DNA from: Antedon mediterranea | Lineage: Eukaryota; Animalia; Echinodermata | DNA: 64,000 nt | Direction: 5' to 3' | Assembly (NCBI RefSeq): GCF_964355755.1 | Contig: NC_092670.1 | Location: 11,022,795-11,086,794 of the forward strand | Shown here: piece after piece, positions 39,212-52,901 of the stretch | How positions within the stretch are numbered: position 1 is the stretch's first letter | Layout of the letters: the number at the start of each line of letters is the position of its first letter | The notes under the pieces: generated by a model | What the model was told of the DNA's origin: nothing | The model's input: only the letters and a program-made list of their open reading frames with translations | The model's database searches: none | Position numbers and translations under genes: made by a program

Positions 39212-39848
39212 TGCGACGTTTTAGAATTATGTATTGACGAATGAAACGGTTATTGTGCCAATAAAATCTACAATTCGCCTTCAAATACTCGACGTACGTA
39301 AACTTGTGGTACATATACAGTAGATATTCCATTATCCAACTATATCAATACAGTGTGCACCAATCAAAATGGTGATAGTAATGTCTGATTTACATAATAA
39401 TGCATCCATGAACAAAATTAAACATTAAGATATGCATGCTCTTTTGGGTTTTTAGACGCCTTTTTTTTATAAATTGTGTTTTAAGTTTAAAATACAAAAT
39501 AAAATATTTAAAATACAGATTACCTTCTAAAATTTTGGTTTGCTATTCGTATTTCAGTTTTTAAATTTATTTTCGTTTTATTGAGAAGGACCTGATTTTC
39601 AAAATATGATTCAATAACTGCAACAATTCATAATGCGTGAAGTGTCCAGTTATAGCCTAATGTTATTTTTATTTGCAAGTCTTAAATGTTGCAATTGAAT
39701 CGTACGTTCATACGCATTACCTCTTTTTTCATTTTTAAATGAAAAATGACAATAACATTTATAACCTTTAATTTCTGTGTAATTTCTCACCTTTAAAAGG
39801 CTCACCGGTTAAAATATTGGATAAAGAGGTTTAATATTGTTCTTTTAG

Positions 39849-39919
39849 GCTTAAAGCTGTTCATTGTGGGTGTCTTCCATTGTGTCCTAACCAGCTGGTT
39901 TATCCTGAAATATTTCCAA
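39849..39919 (+). pseudogene. GTDC1: Third copy of the 71-nt GTDC1/QTMAN exon
   Basis: AG|[23 protein letters not shown]|GTAATT; eroded last-exon fragments follow at ~40135-40195, ~44505-44571 and ~45755-45846. Confidence 0.78.
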
Positions 39920-40691
39920 GTAATTTGAAATAATCTATGATGATTGCGATTAATTTCAGTATTCTGGATAAACAAAATTGTAAATATATGGCGCCACTGC
40001 AATAAATAAGTCATTCAATATTGAATCACCTCCACTCTTGGAATTTCTTTTAGGAGATTGTATTGTTATAACATAAGATTAAGATGTTTAGGCCTAATCA
40101 AATTATATTGAATTACTTTTTTTTTAATATCTTCTGATTACAATACAAAACATCTACAGCGATTCTCTGCACTACTTTCAAGTCCAGAATCAATAAGGTA
40201 TCACAATTTTCAAAATTGAAGAGAAAATCATATAAAACTAGATTTGAACTTGTCACTTAACAGTAGTTAGGTTTTCCACGCACACAAACAACAACGTGCA
40301 CAGTAATTCGTTGTACCATCTCATAATCGGAAGTAAATATGTTTACAGTGCTGAATTGTGTCTACCTGTACTTTGTGCACGTTGTGTTTGCGTGGGTAAC
40401 CGAAGTGACAATCTAGTTAGCCTTAGGTAATGGAATGCAACGTAATACAAGTAGTTGACCAATAACAAGAGATAGTTCGAATAATCCATTGCTTGCGTTG
40501 CATTATACATTTTCGTAGTTTGTATGCATTTCTGTAGTATTTATATCCATTTGACAATAATTTTATTTCACCACTGCAATCAATAAGTTGTTCAATATTC
40601 CAATATTGAATCAACTCGACTCTTTAAATCTCTTTTAGGAGACAAAAGACATAAGAAAACTTGTTTATCTCCAAGAAATTACATATATATA

Positions 40692-41492
40692 TGGAACGCC
40701 GTTTACGCAACATTTCGATGATATGAATTTTATGACGCGATATGTGAATGAAATGCATCGATATGAATTGAATGGCGTGATATATGAATGAAATGTTTTG
40801 AATTGAATGCTTTGAATTGAATGTTTTGAATGAAATGTTTTGAATGAAATGTTTTGAATTGAATGTTTTGAATGAAATGTTTTGAATAAAATGTTTTGAA
40901 TTAAATGTTTTGAATGAAATGTTTGAATTGAATTGAAAAGTCAAACTATTGGCGGCGTATGTCATTCCCGCTCGCGATTTTTTTTCAACCTCTTAATAGG
41001 CCTAAGCATGGGTACCCTCATCTCCTTTCAACGCTGTCATCAATATGAATCCTTTACAGAGACTTCCTAACAGACCTGAAACATTGGAATACATATTTCC
41101 GAACCCAGGTCTGTTAGGATTCTCTGTAAAGGCAGCGTGGAAGAAAGGAGATGAGGGTACCCAGGCTTAGGCCTAAGAGGTTGAGAAAATAATCGCGAGC
41201 GAGAATGACATACGCCACCAATAGTTTGACTTTTCAATTCAATTCAAACATTTCATTCAAAACATTTCATTCAAAACATTTCATTTAAAACATTTCATTC
41301 AAAACATTTCATTCAAAACATTTCAATCAAAACATTTCATTCAAAACATTTCATTCAAAATATTCAATTCAAAGCATTCAATTCAAAACATTTCATTCAT
41401 ATATCGCACCATTTAATTCATATCGATGCATTTCATTCACATATCGCGTCATAAAATTCATATCATCGAAATGTTGCGTAAACGGCGTTCCA
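40692..41492. mobile_element. Unclassified foldback element inserted in a (TA)n tract
   Basis: TGGAACGCCGTTTACG...CGTAAACGGCGTTCCA; ~385-bp arms containing 14-bp repeats (aaaacatttcattc); ~30-bp spacer. Confidence 0.85.
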
Positions 41493-41500
41493 TATATATA

Positions 41501-41995
41501 TGTATATTATTTATATTACAGTTTGTATGTATTTCTGTAGTATTTATATTCATTTCACCACTGCAATTAAATAAGTGTTGTTCAATATTCCAATATTGAA
41601 TCAACTCGACTCTTTAAATCTCTTTTAGGAGACAAAAGACATAAGAAAACTTGTTTATCTCCAAGAAATTACATATATATGTATATTATTTATATTACAG
41701 TTTGTATGTATTTCTGTAGTATTTATATTCATTTCACCACTGCAATTAAATAAGTGTTGTTCAATATTCCAATATTGAATCAACTCGACTCTTTAAATCT
41801 CTTTTAGGAGACAAAAGACATAAGAAAACTTGTTTATCTCCAAGAAATTACATATATATGTATATTATTTATATTACAGTTTGTATGTATTTCTGTAGTA
41901 TTTATATTCATTTCACCACTGCAATTAAATAAGTGTTGTTCAATATTCCAATATTGAATCAACTCGACTCTTTAAATCTCTTTAGGAGACATAAG
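41501..41995. repeat. 179-bp tandem repeat derived from GTDC1-intron-like sequence
   Basis: Units start at 41501, 41680 and 41859; related to 39995-40057 and 40505-40690. Confidence 0.9.
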
Positions 41996-42076
41996 ACATT
42001 AGAACACTTTGTGATTTCCAAGAAGTTATATATATAATTTATATATTTAGAATTTATCTCTATGCCTGTTGTGTTT

Positions 42077-42107
<31 letters not shown>

Positions 42108-42210
42108 AATCATACTGTAAATTATAGAAACAGTGCTCATATTCGGAACATGATCTCATAATCGCGTCGAGCATAGCTCATTGGCGAAAGTTCCGACCAA
42201 TACCATGAAA

Positions 42211-42282
42211 GCCCCAGTGGTCTAATGGTTAGGACAACTGCATATCAAGCAGACGGTCCGAGTTCGAATCTCGGTTGGGGCG
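42211..42282 (+). tRNA. tRNA-like gene or pseudogene, anticodon ATC (Asp)
   Basis: 72-nt cloverleaf: GCCCCAG/TTGGGGC acceptor, GTCT/GGAC D-stem, CTGC/GCAG stem with loop ATATCAA, CCGAG-TTCGAAT-CTCGG T-arm, followed by T5; atypical A32 and a 27:43 mismatch. Confidence 0.6.
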
Positions 42283-42394
42283 ACTTTTTCTCATTCTCAC
42301 AAATTTCCTCATCTTTATCGTTTCAAATTAATTAATTAAATTTCAGAATATCACCGGGCGGTTTAGAATTAATGTTCTTTGCCTGATTTGTTTA

Positions 42395-42426
<32 letters not shown>

Positions 42427-42841
42427 CATATACACAACAGGCATAGAAATAAATTCCAAACCGCCCGGTGATACACTGAAAATTATAAACAACAGCAACA
42501 ATGTCATTTTAACGTGTGTGCATGTTGTGTTTGCGTGGGTAACCTAACGTACGTTACAAGTTAAAATCAAGTTAGTTTGAAGTAATTGGATGCAACGCAA
42601 GGACAAAAGCGAGTTGATCAATGACAAGCGATAGTTCGAACAATCCATGCTTGTAATTGGTCAAATTAATTGCGGTGAATTATACATTTGTGTAGTTTTT
42701 ATGTATTTCTTAAGTATTTATCTCCATATGACAATTGTATTTCACCACTGCAATCAATATTGAATATCTTTTAAGATACATAAAGCATAAGAAAACTTGT
42801 TTATTATAAATTACATATATACAGACTGTATATTTATATTA

Positions 42842-44431
42842 TCTATATATAAATTTACGTAAGGGCAAAATTCGGTAAATCGCGCCTTACTTCTAGAATT
42901 TTTACTCGATGGTATATAAAGTTGGTTCGTACTTTCGGTACTGATTTTAACCACCTGATGTAACCCTGTTTACTAATTAAATTAAGTTAGATAATTAGTT
43001 ATTGACGATTAAAACGAATTTAGGTTCAACGATTTGCCCCAAATAGGGGTGTTTTCCGATCGTGGTATACACTGTCTAATGGATGTCCATCTTGAAAAAT
43101 ACCCGCCACAAAAATGCGAGGAGGCTTCACATTTTCCTATCTCCTCCTACGATAATTGTTTTTAATAGCTGAAAACCGGTTGAACAGTTCGAGTACAGCA
43201 TCATAATGTTGAAGACAGGCCGATTTTCTTTAAAAAATACTATTTTGATACATTTAATATACGTTTTTACAAATGTATTGATTTGTGATGAATGGAACAT
43301 TCCAAATTATTTGGTTTAACCATACAGGTATAGATTTAGATTTATGGGCCCCCTTGGAGAATAAACATAAATAGTATTGCAATGCTGTACCAGGGAGTTC
43401 CCTGGCTGTACAATACTGTTAAGGTATTTTAATGGTTAAAACCACTTTTGATCGCAATTTGAATCGCAAATTTCTTACTGTGAGTGTTGGTACTGTTAGA
43501 AGTAATATAAAAATATATACAAATAAACTTTATTACTGTGAGTGTGGGTAGGCCCTACTGTTAGATTATAAACATATAATATACAAATAAACATTCCAAA
43601 TTATTTGGTTTAACCATACAGGTATAGATTTAGATTTATGGGCCCCCTTGGAGAATAAACATAAATAGTATTGCAATGCTGTACAATACTGTTAAGGTAT
43701 TAACCACTTTTGATCGCAATTTGAATCGCAAATTTCTTACTGTGAGTGTTGGTACTGTTAGATGTAATATAAAAATATATACAAATAAACTTTATTACTG
43801 TGAGTGTGGGTAGGCCCTACTGTTAGATTATAAACATATAATATACAAATAAATAAACGTTATTACTGACAGTTGCTTCTCAACGTTTGTATTAATTAAT
43901 AATTTAAAAATATATAAACGTCGTAGTGGTGTATCGTTACATGTACTTTACTATTTCAATCGACTATGACAGTGAGAGTTTTAACAAAGTACCGTATTAA
44001 ATCGTAAATGTTTTACTGTATTTAGTGGTATATTATTTATAGGCCTATAAAACATTAAAAACAATATTTCGTTACTGAGTGGATAAGAATATATTTTAAA
44101 ATGTTTCCTCTTTGTACCTATCTTCTTCCCCCATCCCTCAACCATTAATGTTACATACAAAACACAAATTGGGTTTGTTTAAATGAGTCCAAATAAAAAA
44201 ATTTGACTCATTTTGTTTCTCTCTCGGAAGTAATTCCCAGGGTGCTAATTTTGGTTGACTACATAAATCATTGTGTATATTTATTCGTTTCTGTAAACGA
44301 CAATGTATTATAGTCCTGCGGTACGTACATTTGAAATCTCCATTTTTTTCTCGCTGGAAATACTGTGTATTCGAGAACCATCTGTGGGCACGACCTAGAT
44401 GGTACGCGAGCGAAGCGAGCGTGCCATCTAG
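42842..44431 (+). mobile_element. Helitron family 1, full copy with an internal ~290-bp tandem duplication
   Basis: a|TCTATATATAAATTTACG ... gcgagcgaagcgagcgtgccatCTAG|t. Confidence 0.9.
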
Positions 44432-44616
44432 TATTTAATAAAAATGTATAATAACATTAACCAAATACATTATTATTGTCCTATATTGAATTACGTGTTT
44501 CAATCTCTTTTGATGACTGTACACAACAACAGCTGCGACGAATATATTACATTCCTTTCAAGTCCAGAATCAGGTCAAGTCAAGTGAAGTCAATTTATTG
44601 TCATTTGTAAACATAT

Positions 44617-45230
44617 AACTAGACATGAAACTCGTCACTTTGACGAGTTAGTTATCCGCACCACGACAAACGCCACGTGCCCGTCATACGTTGGAATATT
44701 GCACACAGATAAAGATTATGGCATTATGACAAGAACTGAAGAATATGATATGCTGTTAGTGCTGAATTCTGTCAATTTTGTGTCATATAGTATATACATG
44801 CAAACAGTATAATCTGTATACATATTACATACAGTGTAGAATTGGTAAAATTACGGGACCCGCCATTTATTCCAATTTTTAACATGGCGACGGTATCAAA
44901 ATGAAACAGTTAGATAGCAATTTCAGAAGCAAATTATCTCAGGAACAACATATTAACGTGTAGAAGAAATTTGAATACGTAAAATATAGATGCGCACCCT
45001 TTTAAATGTGATGAACTATTACGCAAAATATGAAAATACGACTTTTTTTATTCAACTTGCCATATGATGACGTCACAACATCTGATTGGCAAAATGTTTA
45101 CATGAATTCGTATCTACAATCCAATAGCTTCCAGAAAACGTTTTAATCGTGATTATCACATTTTATTCTTACGAGCTATGATCCCATACAATAACAAGGA
45201 GTTATCCGCTCTACCAAGCGGATAACTAAA
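44617..45230. mobile_element. Helentron/HINE-like non-autonomous element
   Basis: Subterminal ttagttatccgc mirrored by the terminal hairpin agttatccgctctaccaagcggataact; 5' hairpin aactcgtc/gacgagtt. Confidence 0.5.
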
Positions 45231-46894
45231 AATCATTTACATTGAAATGAATTTGAACGGTTTGAGCTAACATCAAATAAATATAACTTAAACTACGTGG
45301 TGAAACTATCCCCCGCCGGACACCATCCCGGTATTTCTAGAACTGGTAGTGGTATAACAATATTTTCAGAATTGAATGGTAAATTATGAAGTTTGGTTTT
45401 TATTAACGCAAGTAAATTGACCAACAAGTAATAGATTATTGGAACTGTAGCTTGTCATTTGTTAATTTGCTTGCGTTGCGTCCTATTGCTTAAAGCCAAT
45501 TTTCGAAATGGCCAAAATATCGAATTTTAAAAATATGTTGAGGTAACATAATTGAACACATTAGGTGATTTTGACTCTTTGATTCTCTTTTAGGAGACAA
45601 GACATAAGAAAACTTATGCAACAATCTCCAAGAAATTACATATATGAATATTTAATTTACCGACTGTATATTTATATTATATTTCATGAAAATGTTTAAA
45701 GAATCAAACAAATACATTATTATTGTCTTATATTGAATTACGTGTTTAAATCTCCTTTGGTCACTGTTTATACAAAACAACAGTTATTTAAACAGCTGCG
45801 AAGATTCTCAAGCAACAATATTGCTTTCTTCAAGTCAAGAATCATAATGCTATTGTTCAAGATCGAAAGGTAAATCATAAAGTTTGGTGTTCATTCTCGA
45901 AAATGGCCAAAATAACGACTTAAAACAAATTTTGAGGTAACATGCGCAGATCAAATTGTTCGATTCTGCACATGCGCCGAACATAGTTCGATTCTGTGCA
46001 TGTCAATTTTGATATAGTAACCAGTTATGTGAAAAAATATAAGGGTCAAACTTCGGCCAATTTTCGAAAATTTCCCTGTGCTATAGTACAGGGATTTTCT
46101 CGAAAATGGCAAAAATAACGACTTAAAAAAATGTTGAGGTAACATTGCGCAGAACAAATTGTTCGATTCTGCAATGTTCGCAAATTTCCATGAACAATAG
46201 TACAGGGGATTTTTTCGGAAATGGCCAAAATATCGACTTTTAAAAGTATGTTAAGGTAACATGCCTAGAACAAACACAAACTCGGTTGCATGGATTTTTA
46301 ATAATAATAATAATAAGGACAACGACAATAATAATAATAATAATAATACAATAATTTTATATATTGAGGTAACCAAATTATTGGATTCTGCGCATGTCAT
46401 TATGTTAAAAATATTAGTTTTAATAACTAGTTACCATGATCAAGAAACATTTTTTGGCCAGAAAAAAATCCGGGCGGGTTTATAATAATGATCAAAGCAA
46501 TTTGTTACTTTAAATAAACAAACTGTTGGAACAGTGTAGTTTGTATGAATAAATTCAACTGAATGGTAGATGTTTATTAAATCTATGTGACGTGCATATT
46601 AAATATCAAATGCAAGTAAATATATATATATACAGTCACAGTAAGTTCAATAAAAAATCAAGCTAGTAAGTAAATACATTTTGTTTGGTAAAATATTCCT
46701 GGTAAACAGAAATACTAACACACACACAATATATAGTATTTAAATTATTAGTCTTAAATAATTAATAATGGAATGTAATTAATACTATATTTACAATTTT
46801 AAAAGTGGACGGAACCTTTAACAGTTTACAGTTTAAAATTAGAACAGGTTTAAGGTACTCCTTGGTCATAGTTCTGGTACTGTAGTAGAAAAAA

Positions 46895-47985
46895 TTTAAC
46901 CGCTAACGTAACCAACTTTAACCACTAACGTAACCAAATTTAACCGCTAACGTAACCAAATTTAACCACTAACATTGGGCCTGTTTCTGCTGCAACTGCT
47001 CAAAATACGGTATAAAAATACGGTATAAAATATGGTATTTTTTATACCGTATTTTTTAGTAGGCCTACCCCGTTTCTACTAAAAATACTTCTTGGGTGGT
47101 CGTGTTAAATTTCATCCTTTTTACCCAAAAATTGCCATTCATTTTTTTGGTCGATAATTAAAAGTCGCAATAAAGGAAGTTTTACGTCTCACTTTCAACA
47201 GCCTAACCCTAGTGATAGAGATGTTGTGAGAGCACAGAAAACATCGTAATGGGGACAAGTAATTCGTTCCCTCCCCGAGTTATTGTCTTTTGCAATGTTG
47301 TACTGCTTCGCAGGCTCTTTAGCTTTGAATTTACTTGCTTTGGAGACAAGTCTATTCCGTACTCCTGCTGCTTTATTTTTTTAGAAATGTATAAATGTGG
47401 TTGTCCCTTTTATTACTTTTTAGTTGGCCGGACATTTTATCTTCCCCACCCTTCCCCACACAGATTTATATAGTAAATACTGTGACGTCTTCGCTTCACA
47501 TTTTCGCCGAATATATCTATACAGCGTGTGTAAAACAGCTGACAGCGACAGAAAATAAAAACACGATGTTGAACTCATGTCACAGGTAAAAAAATACGGT
47601 ATTTTTTATTGGCAGCAGAAAAGGGTACAAAAAATACGGTATAACTTTGTAAATACCGTATTTATCGACACATTTTTGGGGAAAATACGGTATACAAAAT
47701 ACGGTATTTTTTTTTATAAACGCAGTTTCTGCTGCCAAAAAAATACGGTATATATACGGTATTCAAAAACAGGGCCATTACCAAATTTAACCACTAACCT
47801 AACCAAATTTAACCGCTAACGTAACCAAATTTAACCGCTAACGCAACCAAATTTATCCGCTAACGTAACCAAATTAACCACTAACGTGACCAAATTTAAC
47901 CGCAAACGTAATCAAATTTAACCGCTAAAGTAACAAACTTAATTAACCACTAACGTAACAAACTTCATTAACCACTAACGTAACA
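46895..47985. repeat. 22-bp minisatellite interrupted by a MITE
   Basis: aaccgctaacgtaaccaaattt repeated at 46895-46975 and 47780-47985. Confidence 0.85.
46977..47776. mobile_element. PIF/Harbinger-like MITE (800 bp)
   Basis: ATT|GGGCCTGTTT...AAACAGGGCC|ATT; subterminal aaaatacggtat repeats. Confidence 0.7.
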
Positions 47986-48982
47986 ACAGTAGGAAATGAG
48001 ATATGTTTGGACTTAAATATTCTGTATTTTTTTACGGAAAATTTCTTGTAAGTTGGAAATCTTAGACTTTTTTATTCAAGTTCAGCTTTAATCCTGTGAG
48101 TTTTTTACTAACCTATATGTTTAAATTTTTGCAAATGCATCTCTTTATTTAGCTCAGTCTCCACCTTTCGTAAAGCGACCGACTTTCAAAAACAGCCATC
48201 TCGTAAGTGACCACCTCCCTAAAACGACCATACATCGTAAGCGACCACCCTACCGCTTCTCATAATCAAACACTTCGTAACGACCACCTCTCGTAAGTGT
48301 GACCACCTCTCTTAAACGACCATAATCTCTCTTAATGGACCGCTTATATTGACATAATTGACCACCTCTCGTAACTTAGAGAGAAACGTTTTCAGTATAT
48401 TAGCCAAAAAAAGTCAAAGATTTAATTAAATGTAACATTATTATTTATCCAGTTAAAGAGAGCTGACAAACTTGGTTCATTTTGTTCTGTTTCCCTTGCT
48501 TGACGTCTTCTGTTTTTTTGTGATATATTAAAATGCAAATATAGGAAACATCGATTTATGATTAAATATCAATTTTATTTATTAATAATTAAAAACGATT
48601 AGTAATAATAATGTTACTTTTATATATGTATGAGCATAACGTTTGATGTGATAAATTATTGTAAACACAGTTGATATAAACTTGAACGTATTATTTGATA
48701 TCCTCGTGTATAATCCCACCCCTACTTTATGTGTGATTTTACAAACAAGCATATTCCCGGGTATAGTTTCAGTATTGACTTCCTATTAGCATAAAAAGGC
48801 CTCGTAGAGCTAGACGTGATAGCCTATACTACACAGTACTACCATTATAGTTCCATGGTACTACGGATCACTACTATCTAGCCTAGGCTAGGGTAGGGTT
48901 CCAGTAATTTCGGTCGCGTTTTCGGCCTACTTATCAGGAGGGCATGTGAGAGGTGAGGTAGGTTAGCCCAGCTAATACTTAC

Positions 48983-49166
48983 TCCTTTCAATGTAACAAA
49001 ATCCAGGCGTTTGAATTATGTTGTTTTCAACTGATGCTTTTTCCAGTTTTTTCTGACTGATTTGACAAACACTATCTTTCTGGTTATAGTTAACAGACAG
49101 GCAATCAGATTGCTTGGAACATTCCAGCAAACAATTTAGTTTGTGTATATTCTTCCTAACTCCAAC
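48983..49166 (-). pseudogene. Copy E PAN/apple exon, 3' part
   Basis: KNIHKLNCLLECSKQSDCLSVNYNQKDSVCQIS..FCYIER+A|GTAAGT; paralogous to 38915-39102; the 5' continuation is at 55785-55830. Confidence 0.9.
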
Positions 49167-50036
49167 TACTCTAGTAGCTAGATCAACTTTCGTATGCACT
49201 TTGAGGTCCAGAGAATTTGACTTCAGAAATTGGTTTAGGGTGGTCAAACAATCTATTTTGGCTTGGTTACACATTTTGAAAATGTGGTGAAAGGTCAAAA
49301 GGTCAGGGTGAAAGGTCATAAGAGTCAGGGTCAGGGTCAAGGGTTATATGAACAAATAAATAAAGGTACTTGTATCTCGGCAACCACTGGTCGCAGAAAG
49401 TCAATTTTGGTCTCAAAATGTTCAGAAGGCATACATTTGTATTCAGTTTAACGGGACATTTTAGTTTAAAATGACCGGAAATGCCATTTCTGACCTTTGA
49501 CCCACAACCCAGGGCATGTATTTATCTCCGTAACTACTGATCGTAGACACTTGAATTTTGTTTTAAATTGTTCGAAATATATATTTTGTTATTTGTTACA
49601 CATTTTGAAAAATGTTACAAAAGGTCAAAGGGTCAGGGTCAAGGGTTATATGAACAAATAAATAAAGGTACTTGTATCTCGGTAACCACTGGTTGTTGCA
49701 GCAAGTCATTTTTTGTCTCAAAATGTTCAGAAGGCATGCATTTATATTCCGTCTAATGGGGCATTTTAGTAAAAAATGATCAGAAATTCCATTTCTGACC
49801 TTTGACGCACATACCAGAGCATCTTTCTCTGTAAGTACTGGTCGTAGAAACTTAAATTTGGTATCAAATTGTTCGAAATATACATATTTAAATTTATTGT
49901 AATAGAAAATGTGGTTAAAAGATGAACAGAAATACTATTACTAATGTTTGAAACAAAAAACATATCTCTACATAACTTATCCTTAGACAGTAGAGGGGTT
50001 TCGCAATCTTACGAATACGATAACGAAAACGGATAC

Positions 50037-50610
50037 TAGTACAGGCTATATGCGACATTTATCCTATGTAACCTTGAAAAAATTCTAATAAAAGGTCTTT
50101 TGGTATTTTCTTGTAGCTTTAGGTGTGAATAAACACCAAAAAATGTTCGCCCCAGATAACGAATTTGACACATATCCCATATTGTTCCTTGGGGTCAAAT
50201 TATCCTATAACAGTTGAGATATTCTCTCCTAAATTGAATGCATACAAATCGTACTCAGGTCCTACACTAGCAGTAGTTATTAATGAATAAAGGTCAATGA
50301 CCTTTGACCCGACTATCTGACCAATGGCACAAGTAACCCGAAATTTGCAAAAACTTTATTTTGTTGTTTGACCACTAAAACATAGATGTAGAAACCACAT
50401 TTGTCTTTTTAAACCCAGGAGTTGAGGAGTTATGAGCCATCAAATGCCACAAAAAGGTCACTGACCTTTGACCCTCAATATCTCACTAACGCAGCAACTA
50501 GAAGGCTGCAAAAATGTTTTGGTAATTATTGACACCTAAAGCTACAAGAAAATACCAAAAGACCTTTTATTAGAATTTTTTCAAGGTCAAACCATATATA
50601 GCCTCTACTA
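50037..50610. mobile_element. Academ-type MITE nested in a Harbinger-like MITE end
   Basis: TAC|TAGTACAGGCTATATG...CATATATAGCCTCTACTA|TAC; empty site ggaTACgtcacg seen at ~52941. Confidence 0.85.
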
Positions 50611-52901
50611 TACGTCACGCACACGTATTCGTTTTCGTAAGCCATAGAAAAATCTGTTTCGCATAAATGATAATTGCATGGGCAGCCTTTCCGGCAAGCG
50701 GATTACCCAGTAGGCAATGCGGCACGCCACCAAATCAATGTAAACAAATATGATTTACATCTACGCGATAAACAGTACGACTTTATTTTATCTTTCGCGT
50801 CAAAATGAAAGAACAGCTATATAAATTTCGATTATATAAATTTACTCCATTTGATATTACACTTACATATGCGTATATCACTGTCCAACCTCAAACGGCT
50901 ACAGAATAAACACTGACTGTATGGAGGACGAATTTTGTAGGCAGTAGGTTGAGGCATAGTTATAAATAGTGTCGCGGGACGCAGCGCGATGCTACGCACT
51001 TCACGCCCAAGGTCGGCCGCGTTTGGCCTAGGTTGGGATGATGGCAGTTTATGTGCGAGAGAAGCATTTTTTGGAGATGAATTGTAATAATTGCCAAGTA
51101 TATTGTCCAAAACTGTCTTTTAAATTTTTTTTTTTTAAATTAATGGGGCAGGGGGATGTTCTTTCCCCTGTTCGGACCCTCTCTTTCTATCTTGTGTGCT
51201 TCAGGCCTACAAAGTTATTTAATTGCAAGGGGAATTTTACTCTGATCTGCCACAACTGTAGTATACTGTACATACATTACTAGATACAAAAACAATTGTT
51301 ACATTTTTTTTATTTCAAAAAAGTAAAAGTATTAAATATTAATTTAAAAAATTCATAATCGTAATTTGTTCTTTTCAACCCACTTTTATTACCTCAACTT
51401 TCAATATTACAGAAAGGATTAAATGCAATAAAAATACTGAAAAATCTAACCTATATAAGTTGTTTATACAGTATTAATAAATGATATGGAATAATTAAAT
51501 ACACTCAATAAATAAATTACGAATGTATGGTTTTAGCCTTCTTAACTACAAGGAAAATTCTATTATTTTGATTTCTTGTATTACAAAAGAAGCCAATAGG
51601 CCTAAACAACAGTACTGATAATAACTGAATTCTGGTTATTTCCTTTCACTTTAAAGTATGAGGTGTGTGAAAATATTGATTTTATTTGTAATCCCATAGG
51701 ATACTGCTCCTTTTCAAGAATCAAAAATATAAACTATTATTACTATATTACTATTGGCCTTTGTATTTAATTCTTGTGTAAAATACCACTTTGCACTCAA
51801 TCATCTATCTTCTCAATTTTACAGTATGATGACAGACATCTTTCTGAAATAGGGAAAAATATATCAATAAATTATTTGGTCACTTTTCGAACTGTTACAT
51901 AATCATTTGATTACTTATTATAGTATTTTAAAATACTATACATTTTTAAATTCAAAACAAAAGTCAATAGCCTACTATTTATTAATATTGTAAGTATTCA
52001 AAAATGTTTACATTAATTAACTAAATATTTTTCAAATAAAGACGAAGAACAAAATAAATATGAGGATCAAATTTATAATTTAAATTTATTAAATAAAAAA
52101 AAACAAACAATAACATCCTCACGATTTTTTATTTCATTACATTTAATTATTTCTGTTAATGTTATTATTAATAAAACGCTATATTGTCTTATACATTTTT
52201 ATTAAAAACTCCTAATTCCCGAACAGCTTCAGTTTTTTTCTTTAATCTTAATCTTCCATCCATCCAAGCCTTGTTTGATCCATCTATCAAGACGCCAATC
52301 AATATCATTCATCCTCCCAGACTTTTTTTTATTAATCATACTAACTAAACTAGGCCTAGTATTCGGCATTAAATATGCCTAGGCCTACTACTATCTAGGC
52401 CCTAGATCGGATTGCGCAGAAACGCCTGCCTGAACTAAATTTAAACAACAATTTAATAATTTTGTTAATGTTTACTAACAAAAAAATATATATTCTAAAA
52501 ACTTACCACTACAATTTACCCAATACAACACGAGAAAACTTCCCGAACAAACAATAACACGTCACACGTGGATGTGGTTCAATGGTTTATTATACACTTC
52601 CGGGGTATGTGATCGCATAACTTGCTTGCCGGAATGGCTGCCCATGGAATTTCACTTATGCGCAGTGTATAAGAGATAGGACTTCCCTATCTTGCGCCAC
52701 TTCGTGGCGCTATAGTATCTTTGATTTCAAGTACTAGTTATTGCTGTCCCCAAAAACATTTTGATAGAAACGTCAAGCTCAACAGTTCTTTTCAGAATGC
52801 TAGAAGTAACTTGCCATGTGTATCCGATTAAACGCCCTGGGCGTTCAAAAGGGTTTTTAGGGGGAGGGGAGGCATCTCTATTTGGGGTATAATATGGTAA
52901 T

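Noticed and set aside
40624-40965. 113-aa repetitive ORF
   Set aside because: Translation of the 14-bp repeats in the foldback element.
45500-46270. Dispersed ~50-bp repeats (cgaaatggccaaaata..gaggtaacat)
   Set aside because: Probably fragments of an unresolved repeat; no termini or function supportable.
48972-49340. 122-aa ORF ending in a PAN domain
   Set aside because: Chimeric read-through: the N-terminal half is transposon TIR (mirrored in ORF 55557-55946); only 48983-49166 is gene-derived.
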